Below are positions 1 to 8,125 of a stretch of 29,086 nucleotides of DNA, in pieces; position 1 is the stretch's first letter; every line of letters starts with the position of its first letter. This stretch comes from a virus. Lineage: Duplodnaviria; Caudoviricetes. The DNA lies in the IMG/VR virus record IMGVR_UViG_3300017707_001232, positions 1 to 29,086 of that record; one strand, written 5' to 3'. Below the pieces are notes generated by a model, which saw nothing but the letters and a program-made list of their open reading frames with translations, was not told the DNA's origin and searched no databases. The translations under genes were made by a program, and so were the position numbers.

Positions 1-1089
1 GGGTTTGTGGATCGTCCGCTGGTGCTGCGCGACTTGTCCGATAGCGCGTGGATTCCGTCCGATTGCGCCGTGACCGCCGCACTGACCAAGGAACTGGACA
101 AGTTCCGCACCGATAGCGTCAAGCAGCGAGCGAATGCCCGCCGCGTGATCCTGTTCGACAGCTCCAAAGTCTCGCCGGACACGAAGGACAAGATCGAGCA
201 GGGCGCGATTGGGACGTTTGTCCCGGTGATGGAAGGCGCGTTGATGCAGGGCAAAGACGCGATCATGCAGGAGGTCGCGCAGCCCTCGCTGGGCCGGGAA
301 ACCTTCCTGGCGCAGGACATCATCGAGCGCGACCGGGAGCAGATTCTCGGCATCGGGTCGAACCAGACCGGCGTGGCCTCCAAGGGACGCAAGACCGCGA
401 CCGAACAGAGCATCGTCCAGCGCAATTCGGAAGCCCGGTTTGAGCAGGAACGCCAGCGGGTGCTGGAATGGTATCTCGATGTCGTCGCCGCCGTGGATAC
501 GCTGGTGATTCGCTACGCCGATGAAGGCATCGCGGTCAAGATTCTGGGTGAGACACGCGGGAAGCTCTGGGCGCAGCACAAGCAAGCCCTGGCCGGTGGC
601 TACGGCTACAACCTGCGCGTCGATTCCGGCAAGTATCTGGACATCGAAGCCGACCGCCGGCAGTGGATGCAGGTCTACGGCTCACTCCGGCAAGACCCGA
701 TGATCAACCCGCGCCCGCTGTTGCAGAAGGTGGCGGAAGTGTGGGGCATGGACCCCGCTGAGTTGATTGTCGAGCCGCAGAAGCCCCAGCAGGAACTCAA
801 GGCGTCGGTCTCCTTCAAGGGCGAAGACCTGAACCCGTCCAATCCGGCCTTTGCGATCAACATCGCCATTCTGCGGCAGGGCGGCTGGCAGATTGACGAA
901 GCCGCGATTGTCGAAGCGCAGAAGCAGGCGAGTGCCGTGACGCAGGGCATGTTGCCGGTGTCGGGTGTGGGGCCGGACCCGAAAGCGATGCCGCCGGGAC
1001 ATCCGGGGACGCAGCCCAAAGCGCCGACGATTAATCAGCACACGGCGGATATTTCCGGGGATCGCAGCGGTCCTAAGGTGGTGATGTAG
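1..1089 (+). CDS. Portal protein, C-terminal part (5' end outside window)
   Basis: Open frame from the window edge. Podovirus portal-like C-terminal motifs (ILGIGSNQTG...KTATEQSIVQ, LRVDSG, INPRPLLQKVAEVWG) and a Pro/Gln-rich tail. Lies upstream of scaffold and capsid. Confidence 0.8.
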   Translation, partial: GFVDRPLVLRDLSDSAWIPSDCAVTAALTKELDKFRTDSVKQRANARRVILFDSSKVSPDTKDKIEQGAIGTFVPVMEGALMQGKDAIMQEVAQPSLGRETFLAQDIIERDREQILGIGSNQTGVASKGRKTATEQSIVQRNSEARFEQERQRVLEWYLDVVAAVDTLVIRYADEGIAVKILGETRGKLWAQHKQALAGGYGYNLRVDSGKYLDIEADRRQWMQVYGSLRQDPMINPRPLLQKVAEVWGMDPAELIVEPQKPQQELKASVSFKGEDLNPSNPAFAINIAILRQGGWQIDEAAIVEAQKQASAVTQGMLPVSGVGPDPKAMPPGHPGTQPKAPTINQHTADISGDRSGPKVVM

Positions 1090-1473
1090 ATGACGTGCGA
1101 CCGCTGTTATCAGGATGCCACCGTTGGGGCGCACGGTGTCGGAGTGTGCCCCTTTGAACCACGTCGATCATCTGGCGCGGTCCACCAGGATTCAGTCGAG
1201 GGCGGATTCTACGCCGAAAATGGGTTTGACAAGCCCACTTACTTTGAGAGCAAGAAGGCGCATCGAGACGCGCTCGCCGCCCGTGGTCTGACCATCGGCG
1301 CGAAGTGGGCGGGGCCGAACGACAAGCACTTGTCCCGCATGGACATCCCCTGCCAGACCACGCTGGAGAACGCCAAGGCGTTGCTGTCTCGGTCTAAGTC
1401 CACGCCGTTTGCGCCGGACTACGAGCCGGTGCCGATTGAAGTCACGCCGGTCACGTTTGAGAAGGATGCCTAG
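1090..1473 (+). CDS. Hypothetical Zn-ribbon protein following portal (127 aa)
   Basis: ATG directly after the portal TAG; N-terminal CxxC...H...C; codon usage like neighbouring genes. Confidence 0.7.
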   Translation: MTCDRCYQDATVGAHGVGVCPFEPRRSSGAVHQDSVEGGFYAENGFDKPTYFESKKAHRDALAARGLTIGAKWAGPNDKHLSRMDIPCQTTLENAKALLSRSKSTPFAPDYEPVPIEVTPVTFEKDA

Positions 1474-2024
1474 GTCTTCACATGGGTCCAGATTCGCCCG
1501 CTTTTGACGTGACCAATCAGGGTCGGATCGACGCCGAAGTCGGCGGCGATCTCTCGATGCGTGCGCGTGTCGTTGCGAATGGCGATTACGTCGGCTTCAA
1601 CCAGCTTAGACATGCCGTGCGCCGATCCGTGCGGTGCGACTTGCCTTTGCTTTGTTCGCATGTCGGCCATGTTCTCGGCATGGGTGCCAAGAAACAAATG
1701 ATCCGGGTTTACGCATGGCGGATTGTCGCAGCGGTGCAGGACGTTAAGGCCGTCTGGGATCGGGCCATGCTTCAGCACCCATGCGACACGGTGAGAGGGC
1801 TGCATGCGCCCTTCGAACTTGAACGACCCGTAGTTGTTGTTGCCGCTAATACAGGCGGTCCACACCCAACACGTCTGTGTCTTCCGGACCTTCGACCAGA
1901 AACGATCTTCTCGGTCGGCTATGCGGCACTCAAACGAGCAGTAGCGGTTCTTTCCGCCGTAGTGGAAAAAGAACGCCTTTCCGCATATTTCGCAGCTACA
2001 GGTAATAGACTTGCTTCTAGCCAT
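1470..2024 (-). CDS. Free-standing HNH homing endonuclease (N-terminal Zn finger, HNH core, C-terminal HTH)
   Basis: CWVWTA...YGSF...SHRVAW...VLHRCDNPPCVNPDHLFLGTHAENMADM; C-terminal REIAADFGVDPTLIGHVK. Start re-called at 2024 behind an AAGGAGGT RBS. Stop overlaps the convergent stop at CTAG 1470-1473. Confidence 0.92.
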   Translation of the reverse strand: MARSKSITCSCEICGKAFFFHYGGKNRYCSFECRIADREDRFWSKVRKTQTCWVWTACISGNNNYGSFKFEGRMQPSHRVAWVLKHGPIPDGLNVLHRCDNPPCVNPDHLFLGTHAENMADMRTKQRQVAPHGSAHGMSKLVEADVIAIRNDTRTHREIAADFGVDPTLIGHVKSGRIWTHVKT

Positions 2025-2049
2025 GTGACCTCCTTGGGGTCTGTGGTGA

Positions 2050-2097
2050 GAAGCGCGGTTGGGGGCCAAATCCCAATCGCGCTTCGCTATTTTACCA
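2050..2097 (-). promoter_or_regulatory. Extended -10 promoter (TGgTAAAAT) and 5' hairpin for the HNH gene
   Basis: Minus strand reads TGGTAAAAT (2097-2089), then an inverted repeat GAAGCGCG...CGCGCTTC (2050-2085), then the RBS. Confidence 0.55.
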
Positions 2098-2116
2098 CGA
2101 AGAATTGGAGTCTCGC

Positions 2117-2353
2117 GTGCTGCTAATGCCTGGTGGGATTGCACCCAAAAAGACCGAATCACTGACCGCCGCTGAGATGCAATGGCTCGCGGTAGGCGAG
2201 GACGTATGCCGCAAGCTGAACCTCACGCTGGCCTGCCCGAACTGTCTGCGAAACGGCAGTCGGACGGGGGCGGTGCTTCGGGGGAACAACGACAGTCAGG
2301 ACACGACCCTGTCGGTGCAGTGCGATTGCCGCCGGTTAGTGTTCCGGCCATAG
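2117..2353 (+). CDS. Small Cys-rich hypothetical protein
   Basis: GGAG RBS 6 nt before GTG 2117; CPNC and CDC motifs. Confidence 0.65.
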   Translation: MLLMPGGIAPKKTESLTAAEMQWLAVGEDVCRKLNLTLACPNCLRNGSRTGAVLRGNNDSQDTTLSVQCDCRRLVFRP

Positions 2354-2358
2354 GGCGG

Positions 2359-2475
2359 ATGGTCTGCCCCTGCGGGACGTTGCGGCGGATTATCGAGCGC
2401 CCGAGCGGGGCGCAAGTGTGTGGGGATTGTTTGGGGCCGATTACCTGGGAAGCACTCCCAGCGGCCAGATTCTGA
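2359..2475 (+). CDS. 38-aa Zn-ribbon micro-protein
   Basis: MVCPCG...VCGDC, starting 5 nt after the previous stop. Confidence 0.45.
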   Translation: MVCPCGTLRRIIERPSGAQVCGDCLGPITWEALPAARF

Positions 2476-2514
2476 CCTGAAAAATAGGTGTATACTTAGT
2501 ATCCACTTTCAGGT
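2475..2514. promoter_or_regulatory. AT-rich imperfect palindrome containing a -10-like TATACT; candidate late promoter/operator
   Basis: ACCTGAAA(2475-2482)...TTTCAGGT(2507-2514) flank GTGTATACTTAGTATCCAC; TATACT at 2491-2496; no good -35. Confidence 0.45.
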
Positions 2515-2517
2515 AAA

Positions 2518-2666
2518 GTGAGCCGACAGCTAGGGTTAGGGTAGCTCCTTAACCGACGCAGGACTTCCCGAGTCCGCTGGCGGCACAACGGGGCACTCAG
2601 CACGGGGCTGACTGACACACGCGAGTGATTCGCGGGTGATGGTCGGCCCTTTTGCTTTGTACCCCG
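2518..2666 (+). ncRNA. Putative structured leader RNA (three-way junction plus long hairpin)
   Basis: Stems GCCGACAGC/GCTGGCGGC, GGTTAGGG/CCTTAACC and GGACT/AGTCC (2522-2584). Then CGGGGCAC/GTACCCCG, GGGCTGACT/GGTCGGCCC and CGCGA/TCGCG (2589-2666), with a T-run at 2650-2653. Confidence 0.5.
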
Positions 2667-2715
2667 CGCTTTTCGTTCCGGTGGTGCGCCGACGACACAG
2701 GCGCGTGGAGAGTGC

Positions 2716-3702
2716 ATGAGCGACCTAGCAGCAGGCTTAGCGGACACGTCCAACGAACCTGTGGCCGATACCACGGCGACCATCGACACGGTGCTCGATA
2801 CCGCGTTTGACTCGCCTTCTGAGCCTGCGGCCAGCTCGGAACCCTCTGAGACGCCTGCCCCTGTTGAACAGCCCGTTGCGGCGACACAGCAACCACAGGA
2901 ACCGGCTGACCAGAGCGGCGTGAAGGGAGAACCCCCGCGTGAGCGGTGGGACTCGATTCTGGAGAACGCCCGCAAGAAAGCGCGGGAGGACACGCTCGCG
3001 GCCCACAAAGACCACCTGGAGATCGTGCAACGACTCCAAGCGGACTTGCCTGGGACGCTGGCGCAGTTGCTTGAAGAAGCCTCGGGCGATCCGAGATTCA
3101 GCGAGCAGATGACCTCACGGGCAGCGGCGATCCTCGCGGCGAGAAACAACGCCGCGAAACAAGACGCACGGCCAGAGCCTGATCAGGGCGATGACAAGTT
3201 CGTCTGGTACTCACCCGAGCAGCAACAGCGGCTGGATGAGTGGAAAGAACGCCAGATCGAGAAAAAGCTGATGGAGAAGTTCCAGCCGTTGCAGCAGTTG
3301 CAGCAGCGGTTTGAACAGCACCAGCAGACGCAGCAGGTGATCCAGGAAGTCGCGGCGGTGACCGAGAAGCGCGGGGCCATGTGGAAGGCCATGCCGCACT
3401 TTGCGGACCACCAGAAAGCGATTGTCCAGCGACAGGCGGAAATCTACGCCGAGATGCAAGGTCAGCCCGGATTCGACCCAATGGGGTCGCCCTGGGATGC
3501 GTTGCAGCGGGCGTATACCGAAGTCGTCACCACGCAGGCGCTCCCCAAGCTCCGATCCGCGCAGACGGGACAGTTCATCGCTGATGCCGCACGCAAACGT
3601 GCCGGTAGCAGCAGCGATCCGGCGGCGAGTGCCCCGGCGCAACCACGGAAACCGCGCACGGTGGACGAGGCTCTGGACCAGGTGTTCAGCGCCCACATCT
3701 AG
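2716..3702 (+). CDS. Capsid scaffolding protein
   Basis: Acidic Pro/Glu-rich N-terminus, Gln-rich coiled coils, C-terminal KPRTVDEALDQVF helix. Immediately upstream of the capsid gene; GGAG RBS. Confidence 0.75.
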   Translation: MSDLAAGLADTSNEPVADTTATIDTVLDTAFDSPSEPAASSEPSETPAPVEQPVAATQQPQEPADQSGVKGEPPRERWDSILENARKKAREDTLAAHKDHLEIVQRLQADLPGTLAQLLEEASGDPRFSEQMTSRAAAILAARNNAAKQDARPEPDQGDDKFVWYSPEQQQRLDEWKERQIEKKLMEKFQPLQQLQQRFEQHQQTQQVIQEVAAVTEKRGAMWKAMPHFADHQKAIVQRQAEIYAEMQGQPGFDPMGSPWDALQRAYTEVVTTQALPKLRSAQTGQFIADAARKRAGSSSDPAASAPAQPRKPRTVDEALDQVFSAHI

Positions 3703-3720
3703 CGCACGGAGAGAACAGCA

Positions 3721-4692
3721 ATGGCAAATCCGAATGTCGGCCAGCTTGTCGCGCAGGCGTGGCAGAAGCTGACCAATGATGGAAAGCCCGAAGACAACAT
3801 CTTCGAGGAGTATTCCCAGCTCAAGCGCCTCGAAGAGGGCAAGGCGTTCCGTCCCTTCACGGGCGGTCGTTCGCTCATCGGCACCATCGAATACGCGGTC
3901 AACACGACCGTGGAGTCAATCAGCCCCACCCAGTCGCTCGACACCTCCATCGTGGACGTGTTCGATGAGTGGGAAGCGAACTGGAAGCAGTACGCGGGCA
4001 CCTTCTCGATGACCTCGTTTGAGGATGCCGTCAATCGCGGCGACTCGGCCAAGTTCAATCTGGAGAAGGGCAAGCTGAAGAACCTCCGCCAGTCGATGCG
4101 GAAGCGCATTAACGAGGACATCTTCGGCGCGACCGGCAACGCCACCGACCTCAGCGGCTTGCAGTCGCTGGTGCCGGATAGCCCTTCCACGGGAACCGTG
4201 GAAACCATCAACGCGGGCACCTACACGTTCTGGCGCTCCAAGCAGACCAGCGGTGCTCAGACCACCAGCGCCTACGACAACCTGCGGGCGTCGATGCGGT
4301 CGATTCGCACCTCCTGCTCCAAGGGTCAGGGCGTGATGTATCCCACCGACTACGTGACCGGCTCGGGCACGGCGAACGGCTACGAGGGCTTGCTGATCGC
4401 CAACGAACGGATCATGGACAAGAAGGATTCGTCGGCGAACGGCGGGTTCCAGGGCGACGTGTACTACTTCGGCACCGCCAAGGTGTTCTGGGACGGCGAC
4501 TGCGCCGACACGCGCATGTATGCGCTGAACCGCCAGAACCTCCAGATGGCCTACCAGACCGGCTACTGGTTCAAGGGCTATCCGGCGGTGAATCCCGCCA
4601 ATCAGTTGCTGAACGTCTTCAAGGCGGAAACGCAGTGCCAGTTGATCACCAACAACCGTCGCCACCTCGGCGTCATCACCTCGATTTCATAG
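3721..4692 (+). CDS. Major capsid protein (HK97 fold)
   Basis: 323 aa with DNIF...GGRSL...EY...WKQYAG...INEDIFG...LSGLQSLV...TYTFWRS...QLITNNRRHLGVI; strong codon bias; position after scaffold. Confidence 0.85.
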   Translation: MANPNVGQLVAQAWQKLTNDGKPEDNIFEEYSQLKRLEEGKAFRPFTGGRSLIGTIEYAVNTTVESISPTQSLDTSIVDVFDEWEANWKQYAGTFSMTSFEDAVNRGDSAKFNLEKGKLKNLRQSMRKRINEDIFGATGNATDLSGLQSLVPDSPSTGTVETINAGTYTFWRSKQTSGAQTTSAYDNLRASMRSIRTSCSKGQGVMYPTDYVTGSGTANGYEGLLIANERIMDKKDSSANGGFQGDVYYFGTAKVFWDGDCADTRMYALNRQNLQMAYQTGYWFKGYPAVNPANQLLNVFKAETQCQLITNNRRHLGVITSIS

Positions 4693-4710
4693 GAAAGGAC
4701 AGAGACGAAC

Positions 4711-5442
4711 ATGTCAGCACAACTCACGTCCGATCCTCAGGGCATCGGCCAGCCGCTCTACACCTCCTCCTCGACTCAGGCGCATGCCTTGGGCGAGCGG
4801 GCGGTCACGTCGGATGGTCGCGTGTTCCGGTATGCCAAAGCGGGTGCCTCGGCGCTCGTCGCGGGCAACTTCATCCAGGCCCCGGCGCAGGTCGCCAACC
4901 ACCAGAACATCGCGGTGGCAGCGGCGGCGATTGGGGCCACGCAGATCACCGTGACCCTCGGCGCAACGGCGGCGACGGCCGGCCAGTATGCCGGTGGTCA
5001 GGCAGTCGTGACCATCACGCCCGGTCTGGGTCAGGCCATCAACATCCTGGGTAACCCGGCGGCGGATGCGTCGGCCACCTTGGTGTTGACGCTGGCGGAA
5101 CCGCTCCGCGTGGCGTTGACCTCCTCGACCCGCATCGACCTGGTTCCGAACCCCTACAACGGGGTGATTCAGGTTCCCGTGACCACGCTGACCGGCCCCG
5201 TGGTGGGTGTGGCGACCTACATCATCGCGGCCTCGGAGTTCGGCTGGTTGCAGCGTGCCGGTGCCTGCGGTGCGCTCATTGCGGGCACCCCGGCGGTGGG
5301 CTTGGCGGTCGGCTTCCCGACCTCGGCGGCTGGCGCGGCGGTCATCAATGACGCGGCCACGGCGGGCTTTGTCGATGTGGGCACGATGCTCTCGACCGGC
5401 GGCAACGGTGAGTGCAACGGCGTGATGCTCGCGCTCGAATAA
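4711..5442 (+). CDS. Capsid decoration/cement protein
   Basis: Ala/Gly/Thr-rich beta protein with LGERAVTSDGRVFRYAKAG and EFGWLQRAG; directly after the capsid gene and before a terminator. Confidence 0.65.
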   Translation: MSAQLTSDPQGIGQPLYTSSSTQAHALGERAVTSDGRVFRYAKAGASALVAGNFIQAPAQVANHQNIAVAAAAIGATQITVTLGATAATAGQYAGGQAVVTITPGLGQAINILGNPAADASATLVLTLAEPLRVALTSSTRIDLVPNPYNGVIQVPVTTLTGPVVGVATYIIAASEFGWLQRAGACGALIAGTPAVGLAVGFPTSAAGAAVINDAATAGFVDVGTMLSTGGNGECNGVMLALE

Positions 5443-5446
5443 CCCT

Positions 5447-5487
5447 GAGTCGGGAGGCGTCTCGCGGAGACGCTTCCCGCTCCTTTT
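5447..5487 (+). terminator. Intrinsic terminator-like hairpin after the capsid genes
   Basis: CGGGAGGCGTCTC-GCG-GAGACGCTTCCCG followed by CTCCTTTT. Confidence 0.6.
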
Positions 5488-5497
5488 CGGAGAGTCT

Positions 5498-6259
5498 ATG
5501 TCCAAAGGTTCGTGGAAGAAGAAGAACGTGCTGCTCGCGGGTGAGATGCAGGACGACGGCGCACCCGAGATCGACCTGACCGAGGAGGAAGCCAACGCGC
5601 TCGTCCCGGTGCCGGTGATCGAGGAGCCTGTGGCGGTCGCACCCGCTCCGGTGGCCCCGGCCACGCCGATCACGATGACGCTCTCTGACTTGCAGGCCGT
5701 CATGGCGACGGTGGCCTCCGGTAATGCCGCGCTGGCCGATGCCGTCACCAAGGGCATTGCCGATGCGCGGGAACCGATTCCCGAGAACAAGATTGGCCCT
5801 GGTATCAGCGTGTTCAACCCGCTGGGCGATCAGGCGCACCCGCGGCCCGATCTGAAGAGCGAATTCTTCTACGGCACGATGGACGCGAAGACCAAGATCG
5901 TGAGCCGCACCTATCCGCTGCTGGTCGAAGACCTGACCGTGATGGAAGTGATCGCGCTCAACACCCTGGAGCCGCAGAACGCGGTGATCAAGTTGCACGA
6001 CGGTAGCCCGATCAAGGTGTCGCTGGTGCCGGAACTCGATCCGGCGACGGACGAACTCACCCGCATGGTGATTGTCGTGCCGCAGACGGTGATTGGCAAA
6101 GGCTCGGCGCTCAAGAACATGCTGCCCGGCCCCTGCAACATCGTGGCGCAGTTGACCGGCATCGACTACGAAAAGCTGTCGCGTGAGGACTTGGCGTGGT
6201 TCATGGCCGAGCATCGGGCGAAGCGGTATGTGAGCGTGCGGGAATCGGTCGCGGCCTAA
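5498..6259 (+). CDS. Hypothetical morphogenesis-module protein (253 aa)
   Basis: GGAG RBS; coding-like codon usage; function not recognised. Confidence 0.7.
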   Translation: MSKGSWKKKNVLLAGEMQDDGAPEIDLTEEEANALVPVPVIEEPVAVAPAPVAPATPITMTLSDLQAVMATVASGNAALADAVTKGIADAREPIPENKIGPGISVFNPLGDQAHPRPDLKSEFFYGTMDAKTKIVSRTYPLLVEDLTVMEVIALNTLEPQNAVIKLHDGSPIKVSLVPELDPATDELTRMVIVVPQTVIGKGSALKNMLPGPCNIVAQLTGIDYEKLSREDLAWFMAEHRAKRYVSVRESVAA

Positions 6260-6262
6260 CCC

Positions 6263-6955
6263 ATGACGCTGCTGGAGATCGAGACGGAGTTGGCGCGGGA
6301 GACGAACGCGAACGCCACCACGCTCAACACGACGACCAAGGCGCGGTTTCTGGCGGCGATCAACCGCCATTACCGCCGCTTGGCATCGTTGCCCGGTTTG
6401 CAGCATCTGCGGGACACCACGACCACCTTCCCCTCAGTGGCGGGGCAGGCGCTCTACCAGATTTCGAGCGTGGCGAAGATCAACCGGATTTGGGACACGG
6501 CCAACCGCCGGTATCTCAACCCGATGACGCTGGCGCAGTATCGCCAGTTGTCGCCGGAAGCGGTGACGGACAACCAGGGGACGCCGATTTTCTGGATTTG
6601 GCGCGGCACGACGGGCGGGGCGGCTCCCACCTACGACCTGTATCTCTACCAGACGCCGGACGCGATTCTGACGTACACGGCGGATGTCACGTCGGTGCTA
6701 ACGGCGTTGTCGGCGGATGCGGATGTCCCGATTCTGCCGACTGACTTTCACGATCTGCTGTTTCTCGGGGCGCTGGAAGACGAATACCGCCATCTGGACG
6801 ACTCGCGGTTGTCGGCGGTGGCGTCGAGTCGGCGTGAACGAGAAGCGCAGTTCAAGTATTGGATGCACGAGACGGCATCCGGCATGACCTCGATTTCGAG
6901 TGACGGCCTCGCGCTGGCCTCGCAATTGGGGCCGAATTTCCCCGCAGGTAGCTGA
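6263..6955 (+). CDS. Head-tail adaptor / tail tubular protein A-like
   Basis: MTLLEIETEL...FLAAINR...SVAGQALY...LYLYQTPD...DVPILPTDFHDLLFLGAL matches the podovirus adaptor pattern. Confidence 0.75.
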   Translation: MTLLEIETELARETNANATTLNTTTKARFLAAINRHYRRLASLPGLQHLRDTTTTFPSVAGQALYQISSVAKINRIWDTANRRYLNPMTLAQYRQLSPEAVTDNQGTPIFWIWRGTTGGAAPTYDLYLYQTPDAILTYTADVTSVLTALSADADVPILPTDFHDLLFLGALEDEYRHLDDSRLSAVASSRREREAQFKYWMHETASGMTSISSDGLALASQLGPNFPAGS

Positions 6956-7908
6956 TGGCGTACGTTGCACCCACTACACGTTCGACGGGCTACGTGGTCC
7001 CGGCGTCCACATGGAACTCGGATGTTGTCGATAACGTCATCGCGCTGAAGGCGCTGATTGATGCCATTACGACGGGCTGGAAATACCCCTGCGACGGTCG
7101 GCTCACGCTGACCACGGGCACCCCGGTGACCACCGCCGACGTGACGGCGGCGACCACGCTCTATTGGGCACCCTACCGGGGCAACCAACTGGCGCTCTAT
7201 TCCGGGTCGGCGTGGGTGATGTTCTCGCAGGCGCAGTTGTCCATCGCGGTGCCTGCCACGACGAACCAGATGTACGACGTGTTCATCGACTACAACAGCG
7301 GCACGCCCGCGCTGAGTCTGACCGCGTGGACGAATGACACCACCCGCGCCACAGCCCTCACCACCCAAGATGGCGTTCTGGTGCTCACTGGAAGCACCGG
7401 CAAGCGGTTTGTCGGCTGTATGCGAACCACGGGCGTCTCAGGGCAGACCGAGGTGAGCGCGGCCAAGTGTTTGGTGGCGAATTACTACCACCAGTTGCCG
7501 CGCACGCTGTGGAAGGGCAACACCGGCAACTACGCCTATACGACGGCGACGTGGCGCGAAGCGAACGGCGGATCAAACCGCGTCGAGTTCATTGTGCCGT
7601 TTGCCGAGTATGCCGTCTCGTTGCGGGCGCTGTCCACGCCATCTAACGGCACGTCTGCCGTCAGTATGGCAACGGCCATCGGACTGGACACGACCACGGC
7701 CCCGACCGCGAATAGTGCCAACTCGGTGAGTGGTGTTGGCGCGGCCTATACCGCCGCGCTGGCGTCGTTCCTCGACGTGACCCCGGCGGTGGGGTATCAC
7801 TACGCGGCCCGACTGGAGTACTCCGACGCGAGTGGCACGACGACATGGTACGACAGCGCGAAGATCACAGGGCAGCAGTCCGGGATTGGGGGCGTGACGC
7901 TTGGCTGA
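6955..7908 (+). CDS. Tail fibre / receptor-binding-like structural protein
   Basis: N-terminal ASTWNSDVVDNVIALK attachment-like helix; Thr-rich beta domain GRLTLTTGTPVTTADV...LYWAPYRGN; TGATG coupling to the adaptor. Confidence 0.6.
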   Translation: MAYVAPTTRSTGYVVPASTWNSDVVDNVIALKALIDAITTGWKYPCDGRLTLTTGTPVTTADVTAATTLYWAPYRGNQLALYSGSAWVMFSQAQLSIAVPATTNQMYDVFIDYNSGTPALSLTAWTNDTTRATALTTQDGVLVLTGSTGKRFVGCMRTTGVSGQTEVSAAKCLVANYYHQLPRTLWKGNTGNYAYTTATWREANGGSNRVEFIVPFAEYAVSLRALSTPSNGTSAVSMATAIGLDTTTAPTANSANSVSGVGAAYTAALASFLDVTPAVGYHYAARLEYSDASGTTTWYDSAKITGQQSGIGGVTLG

Positions 7909-8125
7909 CCTCACCATTACGGTCACCGACGCGCAACTCAAGGTGCTGCGGAAACTAGACGCCACCAAGACCGCCAAACAGGTCGCGCAGATTCACGTCG
8001 ATACCTGGCTGGCTCCACTGGTCGCGCAGGCCGCGCTCGACGATGTGGCCTCGGTGAAGACCGCCTATGTCGCCGCGCCGGATTTGGTGAAAGCCTCCAT
8101 TCGTGCGGGGTTGGGAATTGTCTAG
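7901..8125 (+). CDS. Small hypothetical protein (possible fibre accessory)
   Basis: TTG start overlaps the previous stop by 8 nt; 74 aa. Confidence 0.6.
   Translation: MADLTITVTDAQLKVLRKLDATKTAKQVAQIHVDTWLAPLVAQAALDDVASVKTAYVAAPDLVKASIRAGLGIV

Noticed and set aside
1482-2126. 214-aa plus-strand ORF
   Set aside because: Antisense shadow of the HNH gene; no RBS or motifs.
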